From: Rhodothermales bacterium
GTDB lineage: Bacteria; Bacteroidota; Rhodothermia; Rhodothermales; JANQRZ01
Direction of reading: 5' to 3'
Length of the DNA stretch: 64,000 bases
Assembly (NCBI GenBank): GCA_028284265.1
Contig: JANQRZ010000006.1
Span: 207,610 to 271,609, forward strand
Positions 1-8,351 of the stretch are shown in pieces. How positions within the stretch are numbered: position 1 is the first letter of the stretch; each line of letters opens with the position of its first letter. The position numbers and the translations under genes are program-made. Below the pieces are notes generated by a model that was not told the DNA's origin, did not search any database, and saw nothing but the letters and a program-made list of their open reading frames with translations.

Positions 1-2515
1 CGACCTCGAACGGGATCGTCGCGCTCGCCCGAAACGGGTTGGGGTAGGCCGCGCCGAGCGCGAAGCGTGTTGGCTGCGTCGGCGTCTCGTCCTCGCTGTC
101 GGTCAGCAGACGCTCGACAGCATCGAAGCGAATCACCGTGCCGACGGCCGGGGTGGTGCCATCGCCCGCGAGGTCCGCCACCACCATCCCGTCGAGGCCG
201 CCGAGTACACCGACAAAGCGAGCGTCACCGTTCCGGTAGCAGAAGTCGATGTAGTAACGCTGGCTCCGACATGGCTCTTGCTCACCCGTTCTGGGGTCGG
301 TATAAATCTCTTCCTGCGTGTCGCCGTCGGTCTCAGGGTCGTAGGTTGCCCCCACACCGCCGAAGCCGTTGGCGGCGGCCTCGAACAGGGCATAGCCAGT
401 CGGTCGGTCGGGCATCATGCCGATGACGCTCTGTGTGACGCCGAGGACGAGGGTGTCGCTGCCTGCGATGACGGCTTGCTCGGCGTGATAGGCATCAGCC
501 CAGTTGGCGACCGGTTCGCCACCGTTCAACGCACGCAGGACCGGGATCATTCGCACGTCGTCCTCGCTGTCGGCCTCGGTCCCGATGTTCCAAAGTTCGA
601 AGGGGACGCTCGTTATGAGGTCTGTGCCGATGGGCGCGGCCGAACTGTAGATGCCGAGGCACGCTCCGGCGGTGGCGCAAGCCTTCGTGAAGCGCCACTC
701 GAAGTTGTCATCCTCCGTCGTGTCGATGTCGCGGAAGAGGTCGCCGAGGTCATTGTCGGGGTTGGTCAGGACGTAGTCGTCGGTGGCGTTGGGACTGAGC
801 CAGACGGTGTTGCCGGGGTAGCCCGCCGCGCAGCCGGGATCGTCGGGGTCGGGACACACATCGCCGTCCGGGTTGGCGACCTCGATGATGCCGACGCTCT
901 GCCCGAAGTTGTTGTTGGCGTAGAAGTAGGTTTGGAACGAGCGCGAGTCGGAGTAAAGGCTCGCATTGAATCCGTCGATGGCTTTGACGCGCCAGTAGCA
1001 GGTGGCGATCTCATTTACGATGCCGCAGCCTGCCCCGAAACTCGGCTCCTCCGAATAGAACACGTCGCGCTCCACGAAGTCCGGGTCGCGGGCGATCTCG
1101 ATGCGGTAGCGCTCGGCCTTCGGCACGGCGGTCCACGCGAGCAAGGCAAAGGTTTCGACGAAGAGTCCGCCGTCCTCGGGGCCGAGCAATTGCGGCGTGG
1201 CGAGGAGGCCGGGGGCCGGGATCGGCGGGGCGGGTTCGTAGAGGCGGCCCTGATCGTAGCGAAACTGGATCGCGTCCGAGGCTTCTTGGAGGAGCGCGAC
1301 GGAGTGCAGGCGGTCGGTGCCCTGCTTGAAGAGGAGGGCGAGGTCGAACGTCCGCGCCTCGCTGGGGGCAAGCGTGAAGGGCGGCGATGTGATCAAGTTG
1401 CGTCGGTCCCCGGAAGGGTTGGGGTTGCCCTGACCGTCTGCGTTTTCCTCGCTCCAGAATTCGCCCGTGACAGGGTTGCCGGGGAAAGCCCACATGATGG
1501 TATCGCCGTCGGTTTCGTAGCCACCAAAACCCTCGGTCAGCGGAGTACCGTCGCTCCAGATCCCTCGCATATGGTTGTATTTGTAGATGGCGAGATCGGG
1601 GTCACCAAGCGCAGGGTCGGCGGTGCTCTGAAAGTATGTCGCTGCGTCGGCACCCGTGAGGAAATCATAGCCCACGGCAGGAGGGATGCCGTAGACACCA
1701 TCTTCCTCCGCCTCGTTGTAGGTGAAGGCCATCCCGCGCGTCGAGTCGCTCCCTACGTAATCGTCAGCCGCGTCGCCGAGGTCGGGGTCTACGAAGAGGG
1801 TGAAGTAGGCGTCTTCGAGCGGCTGGCTGTTGCGGTTCACCACCTCGTAGCGGTAGAAGGTGTACTGTCCGAGACCCTCCTCCGCCGAAGCGAAAGCGGT
1901 CACGCGCACCTCCAGTCCAATCGGAAGCGTCTGGGATTCGAGGTGGTCATTGCCTACATCATTCATCACCCAGAACGCGGTCTGGTGGCCGTAGATCAGG
2001 GGCCGGTCCCCGTCTTCGAGGTCGTATTCGCCGTCGTTGTTGGCATCGGTGAACGGCGCGCCGAGGTCTATCGGCCAGTTCGCCACGTTGAACGGGGCGG
2101 TGCCGGTTTCCTCGTATTGCTGAAGATCGAAGACGCTGACATTCCAGATGCGGTCGTAGATCGAACAGTCATCAGGGCTGGGGAGTGTGCCGTCCTCGTT
2201 GAGCGGTCCCGGCCAGAACTCGAAGTCGTCGTACCGCGAGCCTGCCGCCCGGAGGTCGCCATCGACGAGGCCCGCGACCCAGATGCCCGCAGCGAAAAGC
2301 GGCGAGGTGTTGAGGCTGTCCTTCGGAACCACGTAGCCGATGCCGTTGGTGGTCGAGCCGCCGTAGAAGAGGCTGCCCGTGTTGAACAGCCGGGCCTGCA
2401 CATCGGCGATGTTGAGGTCAGCCTCTGCCCGACCAAGCGCGCAGTTGCCGGGTGTCTGGGCGAGTGCTGGGGCCGAGAGGAGGAGGGTAGCGAGAACCGT
2501 AGCAACAAAGCGCAT
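1..2515 (-). CDS. secreted protein with T9SS (Por) C-terminal sorting domain; 3' end cut by window edge
   Basis: ATG at 2515..2513 is followed by MRFVATVLATLLLSAPALAQ (signal peptide). This minus frame (first base = 1 mod 3) has no stop down to nt 1, which is why it is absent from the ORF track. The last residues read ...PTRFALGAAYPNPFRASATIPFEV, the start of a T9SS CTD signature (YPNPF). Plus-strand ORF 278..2533 is its antisense shadow. The interior was translated by eye only. Confidence 0.7.
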   Translation of the reverse strand, partial: MRFVATVLATLLLSAPALAQTPGNCALGRAEADLNIADVQARLFNTGSLFYGGSTTNGIGYVVPKDSLNTSPLFAAGIWVAGLVDGDLRAAGSRYDDFEFWPGPLNEDGTLPSPDDCSIYDRIWNVSVFDLQQYEETGTAPFNVANWPIDLGAPFTDANNDGEYDLEDGDRPLIYGHQTAFWVMNDVGNDHLESQTLPIGLEVRVTAFASAEEGLGQYTFYRYEVVNRNSQPLEDAYFTLFVDPDLGDAADDYVGSDSTRGMAFTYNEAEEDGVYGIPPAVGYDFLTGADAATYFQSTADPALGDPDLAIYKYNHMRGIWSDGTPLTEGFGGYETDGDTIMWAFPGNPVTGEFWSEENADGQGNPNPSGDRRNLITSPPFTLAPSEARTFDLALLFKQGTDRLHSVALLQEASDAIQFRYDQGRLYEPAPPIPAPGLLATPQLLGPEDGGLFVETFALLAWTAVPKAERYRIEIARDPDFVERDVFYSEEPSFGAGCGIVNEIATCYWRVKAIDGFNASLYSDSRSFQTYFYANNNFGQSVGIIEVANPDGDVCPDPDDPGCAAGYPGNTVWLSPNATDDYVLTNPDNDLGDLFRDIDTTEDDNFEWRFTKACATAGACLGIYSSAAPIGTDLITSVPFELWNIGTEADSEDDVRMIPVLRALNGGEPVANWADAYHAEQAVIAGSDTLVLGVTQSVIGMMPDRPTGYALFEAAANGFGGVGATYDPETDGDTQEEIYTDPRTGEQEPCRSQRYYIDFCYRNGDARFVGVLGGLDGMVVADLAGDGTTPAVGTVIRFDAVERLLTDSEDETPTQPTRFALGAAYPNPFRASATIPFEV

Positions 2516-2605
2516 GGCGACAAGCATGGGTGAGCAGGACCACTCCAAGAAAGGCGATGCACCGTTACCGCGTAAGGCAAAACCCCGTACCCGCCCAAAA
2601 CACCT

Positions 2606-2636
2606 CCGCCGCCCCGGACCAAGTCCGAAGCGGCGG
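2606..2636 (-). terminator. candidate intrinsic terminator of the sdh operon
   Basis: CCGCCGC (2606..2612) pairs with GCGGCGG (2630..2636), with an inner CGGAC/GTCCG stem. On the minus strand the hairpin is followed by AGGUGUUUUGGG, a short interrupted U-tract. It lies downstream of the sdhB stop. Confidence 0.35.
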
Positions 2637-2758
2637 GGTGTGCAAGCAGTGAGTAGGATTTCGTGTCGCTCGTTTGCTGAGCCGTCCCGAAGGACGTTAC
2701 CCCATTATACGACCGGGTGCAAGGCGGTTCCAATCAAGTAGCGCAAGCGTTGAATCTG

Positions 2759-2879
2759 GTCATCCTGAGCGAAGGTCCGAAGGACCATAGTCGAAGGATC
2801 TTTCCGGGGAAGGTTTCGATGATTCATTGAGACTGAGCCCGAAGAGATCCTTCGACTCGCGTTGCTCGCTCAGGATGAC
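2759..2879. repeat. 121-bp nested inverted-repeat element (REP/MITE-like)
   Basis: Outer arms GTCATCCTGAGCGA (2759..2772) and TCGCTCAGGATGAC (2866..2879) are perfect reverse complements. Inner arms GTCGAAGGATCT (2790..2801) and AGATCCTTCGAC (2845..2856) are also perfect. There is a small GGTCC-GAA-GGACC hairpin at 2774..2786. The element starts 26 nt downstream of the sdhB stop. Confidence 0.6.
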
Positions 2880-2904
2880 AGGATGAAAACTTGCGGATGG
2901 ACGC

Positions 2905-3615
2905 CTAGTACCGCGCCGTGACGGACTTGCGCTTGAGGGCCGAGAGCCAGCGCGTGATGTCGATCCCCTTCGGGCAGGCTTGGACGCAGTTGAAGATGGT
3001 GTAGCACTTCCACAGCCCGTCCTTTGAGTCGACGACCTCCAGCCGCTCCTCGGTGCCTTGGTCGCGGGAGTCGAAGGTGTAGCGGTAGGCTTTGAGCATG
3101 GCGGCCGGACCGAGGTAATCAGGATCGGCCCAGGTGCTCGGGCAGGAGTGGGTGCAGGCCCCGCAGAGGATGCACTTGGTCGCATCCTCGATCACGGCGT
3201 GCTGCTCGGGGCTTTGGCGGCGCTCCTTCTCCGGCGGCGGCGTGTGGTTGACCAGCCACGGCATCACGGCGCGGTACTTCTCGAAGAAGTTGGTCTGATC
3301 GACCACGAGGTCTTTGATGACCGGGGCCGCCGGGAGCGGTTCGAACGAGATCGTCCCGCCGCTGTTGCCGACGAGGTCTTGGACGAGGATCGAGCAGGCG
3401 AGCTTGTTCTCGCCGTTGATCTGCATGGCGTCGGAGCCGCAGATGCCGTGGGCGCAGCTCTTGCGGAAGGTCAGCGACCCGTCCATGTGCCACTTGATGT
3501 AGGTCAGCAGGTCGAGCGCCCGGTCCATTGGGTCGGCCTCGACCGGGTAGGTCTCCCAGTGCGGCTCGCTGTCGTGCTCCGGGTCGTAGCGCTTGATCTT
3601 GACGGTAATCTGCAT
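2905..3615 (-). CDS. sdhB: succinate dehydrogenase/fumarate reductase iron-sulfur subunit
   Basis: 236 aa with Cys clusters typical of SdhB (CAHGICGSDAMQING; CILCGACTHSCP; CYTIFNCVQACPKGI). Lies directly downstream of sdhA. Confidence 0.95.
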   Translation of the reverse strand: MQITVKIKRYDPEHDSEPHWETYPVEADPMDRALDLLTYIKWHMDGSLTFRKSCAHGICGSDAMQINGENKLACSILVQDLVGNSGGTISFEPLPAAPVIKDLVVDQTNFFEKYRAVMPWLVNHTPPPEKERRQSPEQHAVIEDATKCILCGACTHSCPSTWADPDYLGPAAMLKAYRYTFDSRDQGTEERLEVVDSKDGLWKCYTIFNCVQACPKGIDITRWLSALKRKSVTARY

Positions 3616-3633
3616 GGGGTCGGCGTGCCGGGT

Positions 3634-5376
3634 TTAGTACTTGCGCTCTTTCGGCTGGAAGCGGGTGATGATGACGTCCTTGTAGTCGAACCGGTAGTCT
3701 CCGTCATCGGCCCAGTAGAGGGTGTGCTTGAGCCAGTTGGCGTCGTCGCGGTCGGTGTAGTCCTCGCGGAGGTGCGCGCCCCGGCTCTCGGGTCGGTTGT
3801 GTGCGCTCGCGGCGATGGACTCGGCGTAGTCGACCATGTACCCGATCTCGACGGCGTCCATCAGGTCGGTGTTGAACTTGGTGCCCTTGTCGCCGACGAC
3901 GACGTTCTTGGCGCGCTGCCGAAGCTCCTTGAGGTCCGAGAGCGCGGTCGAGAGGGTCTCGTCGTTGCGGAAGACGGAGACGTTGGTCATCATCGTCTCC
4001 TGCAAGTCGGTGCGGATCGAGACGGCCTTCTCACCTTCGGTGCGACTGCGGATCGACTCCAGCAGGTCACGAGTGGTCTGCTCGGCATCATCCGGGAGGT
4101 TGCGTTTCTTGGTCCCGTCGCGCTTGATCTCATCGGCCATCGCGATGCCTGCGCGGCGGCCGAACACGACGAGGTCGAGCAGCGAGTTGGTCCCGAGGCG
4201 GTTCGCGCCGTGGACGCTCACGCACGCCGTCTCGCCGATGGCGTAGAAGCCGGGCACGACGTCGTTCTCACGGTCCGGCCCGGAGACAACCTGCCCGTCG
4301 ACGTTGGTCGGGATGCCGCCCATCGCGTAGTGGCACGTCGGCGCAACCGGGATCGGCGTCTTGACCGGGTCAATGCCGAGGTAGACGCGGCTGAACTCGG
4401 TGATCTCCGGCAACTTGTGCTCCAGAACCTCGGTCCCAACGTGCGTCATGTCGAGCACGACGTGGTCCTTGCCGTTGATGCCGCGTCCCTCGCGGATCTC
4501 CTTGTAGATGCACTGCGAGACCATGTCGCGCGGCGCGAGGTCTTTCACGGTCGGTGCGTAGCGCTCCATGAAGCGCTCGCCCTCGGAGTTGCGGAGGATG
4601 CCGCCCTCGCCGCGTGCGCCCTCGGTGATGAGGATGCCCAATCGGTAGAGGCCCGTCGGGTGGAACTGGACGAACTCCATGTCTTCGAGCGGGAAGCCGT
4701 TGCGAAGCGCAATCGCCATTCCGTCGCCCGTGCCCGCGTGGGCGTTTGAGGTCGTTTTGAACGCCCGTCCGTAGCCACCCGTCGCGAAGCAGGTGATCTT
4801 GGAGTGGAACGTGTGGACCTCGCCCGTCAGAATCTCATAGGCCACGATTCCGACGACCGCGCCGTCCTCATCCTTCACGAGGTCGAGCATCTGGAACTCA
4901 TCGTAGAACTTGACCTCCTTCTGGGTACACTGGTCGTAGAGCGTGTGGAGGATGGTGTGGCCCGTCCGGTCGGCGGCGTGGCAGGCGCGGCGGACGGCGG
5001 CCTCGCCGAAGTTGCGCGTGTGCCCGCCGAAGCGGCGCTGCGAGATCAGCCCCTCTTGGTTTCGCGAGAAGGGCACGCCGTAGTGCTCCAGTTCGATGAT
5101 CGTCCGAGGGGCGTCCCGGCACATCTGCTCGATGGCGTCCTGGTCGCCGAGGTAGTCCGACCCTTTGACGGTGTCGAACGTGTGCCAGAGCCACGAGTCT
5201 TCCTCCTCGTTGCCGAGTGCCGCGCCGATGCCGCCCTGCGCTGCGCCGGTGTGCGAGCGGAGCGGATGGAGCTTCGAGACGACGGCCACGTCGGCTCCGC
5301 CTTCGCGCGCGTAGAGCGCCGCCATCAGGCCCGCGCCGCCCGCGCCAACGATTACGATGTCGTGCGTAAAGGTCAT
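3634..5376 (-). CDS. sdhA: succinate dehydrogenase flavoprotein subunit
   Basis: 580 aa with N-terminal FAD fold [16 protein letters not shown] and SHTGAAQGG (covalent FAD His region). Full-length similarity to SdhA/FrdA is recognisable by eye. Confidence 0.95.
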   Translation of the reverse strand: MTFTHDIVIVGAGGAGLMAALYAREGGADVAVVSKLHPLRSHTGAAQGGIGAALGNEEEDSWLWHTFDTVKGSDYLGDQDAIEQMCRDAPRTIIELEHYGVPFSRNQEGLISQRRFGGHTRNFGEAAVRRACHAADRTGHTILHTLYDQCTQKEVKFYDEFQMLDLVKDEDGAVVGIVAYEILTGEVHTFHSKITCFATGGYGRAFKTTSNAHAGTGDGMAIALRNGFPLEDMEFVQFHPTGLYRLGILITEGARGEGGILRNSEGERFMERYAPTVKDLAPRDMVSQCIYKEIREGRGINGKDHVVLDMTHVGTEVLEHKLPEITEFSRVYLGIDPVKTPIPVAPTCHYAMGGIPTNVDGQVVSGPDRENDVVPGFYAIGETACVSVHGANRLGTNSLLDLVVFGRRAGIAMADEIKRDGTKKRNLPDDAEQTTRDLLESIRSRTEGEKAVSIRTDLQETMMTNVSVFRNDETLSTALSDLKELRQRAKNVVVGDKGTKFNTDLMDAVEIGYMVDYAESIAASAHNRPESRGAHLREDYTDRDDANWLKHTLYWADDGDYRFDYKDVIITRFQPKERKY

Positions 5377-5380
5377 AGCG

Positions 5381-5932
5381 CTAGAGGTTCAGGCCCGCGA
5401 CCGTCACCGAGTAGGTGCCGATGACGAAGAGCACGAGCGCGAGGCCCCACGAGAGGGTGATCGCCGTGGCCCGCGCCATGTCGTTGCGGATGTAGTCGGA
5501 GAGAATGTTGTTCAGCCCGTAGAAGCCGTGGTGCAGGGCGAAGATCAGGAAGAGGATGTTGAAGCCCTTCCAGAGCACCGCATAGACCGGGTCGGCGAGG
5601 CGGAGCATCAGGATGTCGTAGGGTGTGGCACCGGACGGCTTGCTGCCGGGCTGCTGCTGCGCCGGGACGATGGCGTTCGCCGGAGCCTCCTCCTGCATCG
5701 CTTGCTTGCGGGCTTCGACGGCGGCGTTGGCCTCGTCGGAATAGGTCGGGAGCACGCCTTGCGCGGCCTGCTCGGCGGTGACCACGTCTTTCGAGATCGA
5801 GGCCGTCGTGCGGTCGTAGTGCTGGACCCAGAAGTGGGTGATGAGGAGGAAGACGAGGAACGTCCCGGTGATCCGGTGGAGGAACCACTGGAACGCGCTC
5901 GACCGGGCGGACTTTCCGTATTTGCTAGGCAT
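5381..5932 (-). CDS. sdhD: succinate dehydrogenase membrane anchor subunit (SdhD-like) with a hydrophilic insertion
   Basis: 183 aa with hydrophobic helices flanking a ~45-aa polar stretch ([21 protein letters not shown]...). Positioned between sdhC and sdhA in C-D-A-B order. Confidence 0.6.
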   Translation of the reverse strand: MPSKYGKSARSSAFQWFLHRITGTFLVFLLITHFWVQHYDRTTASISKDVVTAEQAAQGVLPTYSDEANAAVEARKQAMQEEAPANAIVPAQQQPGSKPSGATPYDILMLRLADPVYAVLWKGFNILFLIFALHHGFYGLNNILSDYIRNDMARATAITLSWGLALVLFVIGTYSVTVAGLNL

Positions 5933-5944
5933 CGGGGCGCGGGC

Positions 5945-6346
5945 TTAGGAACCGAAGTGCGAGATGAGGGCGGCGATGCTCGGGTAGCCGCCGACGATGA
6001 ACAGGAGCGCGGCCACGCCGCCGAGTGTCCAGAACAGCTTCTTCTGGTTCGGGCTCCAGCCGAGGAAGTCAATCAGGACGATCCGCAGCCCGTTGAGCGC
6101 GTGCCACACTACCGCGCCGAGGAGTAGGAACTCGCCGACCTTGAAGATCGGACCGTGGTACTCGGTGATGAGGGCGTTGTAGGCGTCGGGATTGGTGACC
6201 GCCTTGAGGCCCCAGACGTGGACGATGAGGTAGCCGACGAGGGCGAGGCCGGTGAGCCGGTGGAGCATCCACGCGAACATCCCCGTGCGGATTTTGTAGC
6301 GCGTGAACGCCTTCGGCTTGTGCTCCCGGACAGTGGACGTAGCCAT
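5945..6346 (-). CDS. sdhC: succinate dehydrogenase cytochrome b subunit
   Basis: Three predicted TM helices with His residues (MLHRLTGLALVGYLIVHVWG). First gene of the sdh operon. The ATG at 6346 is preferred over the TTG at 6385 used by the ORF track. Confidence 0.75.
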   Translation of the reverse strand: MATSTVREHKPKAFTRYKIRTGMFAWMLHRLTGLALVGYLIVHVWGLKAVTNPDAYNALITEYHGPIFKVGEFLLLGAVVWHALNGLRIVLIDFLGWSPNQKKLFWTLGGVAALLFIVGGYPSIAALISHFGS

Positions 6347-6515
6347 GACAAGCAAGTTGGGTGAAGCGGACGCAGCGACTTTCAATAATAACTGAAAGTA
6401 GGCATCCGGGTTGCAGCAGCGCTCGAAGTTACGGCGAAAGCAGCTTCGGCGGGTGTATCAAAGACCGAGGGCGTACCTCCGAAGAGACACGCCCTCGTGA
6501 GAACGCGTTGGAGCG

Positions 6516-7661
6516 CTACCGTCCGGCAATCGGCCCGACCGTCTCGCCACGCGGGCCGACGTATTCGGCGCGGGGGCGGATCAGGCGGTTGTCCTCCCAC
6601 TGCTCCAAGAGGTGCGCCGTCCAGCCGGTGATGCGAGAGATCGCAAAGATCGGCGTGTAGAGGTCGCGCTCGATGCCGAGGAGGTAGTAGACCGAGGCGC
6701 TGAAGAAGTCGACGTTCGGGTAGAGACCCTTCGCGTCGTGGACCTCCTCCATCATCGTGCGCGAGGTTTCGTACCAGTAGCGGTCGTTTTTCTCATCCGA
6801 AAGCCCTTCCAGCATGTCGCGGAGGATGATGGCGCGTGGGTCGTAGGTCTTGTAGACCCGGTGGCCGAAGCCCATGATCTTTTCCTTCGCATCCAGCTTC
6901 TCCCGCACGTAGGCGGCGGGCGTCTTGCCGCTTTGCTGGATGTCGAGCAGGGTCTCCATCACCTTGATGTTGGCTCCGCCGTGGAGCGGTCCTTTGAGGG
7001 CACCGATAGCTCCGGTGACGGCGGAGTACATGTCGGAGAGCGTGGAGCCGATGACACGGCAGGTGAACGTGCTGGCGTTCAGGCCGTGCTCGGCGTGGAG
7101 GACGAGGGCAGCGTCCATGATCGCCTCCGCGCGTTCGCCGGGGGCCTCGCCGTTGAGCATGTAGAGGAAGTCGTAGGCCATCGACCCCTCGCCTTTCGGC
7201 GCGACTGGCTCCAGCCCTTTGCGGATGCGGTCGAAGGCGGCAACGATGGTCGGCATCTTGGCCGTGAGGCGGATCGCGTTGCGGTAGTTGGCCTCGCGGT
7301 CGTGGCTCTCGGTGTCGGCGTCGAAGTCCGCCAGCATGCTCGTCGCCGTGCGGAGCGCCGACATTGAGTTGGCGTCCTTCGGCGTGTGGTGCCGAAGGTG
7401 GTCGAGCACTTCGTTCGGGAGCGCGCGTTCGGCTTGGAGCTGCGCCGTCAGTTCGTCGAGTTGCTGTTGGTTCGGGAGGTTTCCGTTCCAGAGGAGGTAG
7501 GCCACTTCCTCGAATGATGCGTTCTTCGCGAGGTCCTTGATGTCGTAGCCACGGTAGAGCAGTTCGCCTTCCTGGCCGTTGATGTACGAGAGTTCAGTGT
7601 CGAGCGCGACGACGCCTTCGAGGCCGCGGGACTTGACGGGAGCGGGGGCAGAATCAGCCAT
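6516..7661 (-). CDS. gltA: citrate synthase
   Basis: 381 aa with GFGHRVYKTYDPRA and the catalytic His/Asp context typical of citrate synthases. Confidence 0.9.
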   Translation of the reverse strand: MADSAPAPVKSRGLEGVVALDTELSYINGQEGELLYRGYDIKDLAKNASFEEVAYLLWNGNLPNQQQLDELTAQLQAERALPNEVLDHLRHHTPKDANSMSALRTATSMLADFDADTESHDREANYRNAIRLTAKMPTIVAAFDRIRKGLEPVAPKGEGSMAYDFLYMLNGEAPGERAEAIMDAALVLHAEHGLNASTFTCRVIGSTLSDMYSAVTGAIGALKGPLHGGANIKVMETLLDIQQSGKTPAAYVREKLDAKEKIMGFGHRVYKTYDPRAIILRDMLEGLSDEKNDRYWYETSRTMMEEVHDAKGLYPNVDFFSASVYYLLGIERDLYTPIFAISRITGWTAHLLEQWEDNRLIRPRAEYVGPRGETVGPIAGR

Positions 7662-8351
7662 GAGATGCGAGGCGAACAGAGTGATGGAACCAGAGGAGCC
7701 AGCGGCACCCTTCGGCGACAGACCATCCTGTCAGGGCGCACAATGGGTCAGGAATATACGTGAGGCACCGTCCGGCTCCGGGGAAATCTCGTTAAGACAG
7801 AGAGCCGATCCGTGGTGCGGACGGCCCCTGCACGTCCGAGGCACGCTTCGCCCATGCGAAGCCGTTCGGGAACGCTCGGCGGGCCATTTGGGTACTTGGA
7901 GGCGATGGAGGCTCACCCGTATTTTCCTCTGTCCGTTTCCCCCTTGTCACGCTCTGGGAAGCGACCCTTTTTAGCTGTAGCCGCGCTCTGCCGACCCTCT
8001 GTTATGGACCGGCCTTGCAGCGCGCCGGATCGATGCTCACGCTGTGGTCTTCCGACCTTCCGTGCAGCGCAGCGGCGGTCCCTCTTTACTCTGCCTTGCT
8101 GACGCTATCCGTTTTGCTGACGCACCGCACTTTCCACTTTCTCGCACGCCTGATCGAGACCGCCCTCGCGGTGCTCGGCGCTGGCCGTGGCCCTCGCCTG
8201 CTGCCGTCCCTCCAAGGCTCGCTCCGCCCGTCTGTGGCGTCTTCAGCGACTGGAGCGGGACGACATTGCTATACACAGGGCACGGAGCCACGCCACCGGG
8301 CGTCTTTCCGCCGTTCGGCTGCTCCCGAACGTGCGCCTTTACCCACCGTGT

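Noticed and set aside
278-2533. 751-aa plus-strand ORF, the longest ORF in the first 2.5 kb
   Set aside because: Its composition is dominated by G/A/V/R/D/E runs, with no recognisable motif or sensible N-terminus. It exactly mirrors the open minus-strand frame that has a signal peptide and a T9SS tail. This is a typical antisense shadow ORF of high-GC DNA.
3058-4749. 563-aa plus-strand ORF overlapping sdhB/sdhA
   Set aside because: It is antisense to two unmistakable sdh genes and shows shadow-ORF composition.
7662-8351. tRNA, SRP RNA, tmRNA or 6S RNA gene in the long gltA-RNase spacer
   Set aside because: I could not find a T-loop (GGTTCGAATCC-like) motif, the SRP domain IV motif, or any other diagnostic motif by eye. 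The region is kept only as an unexplained spacer.
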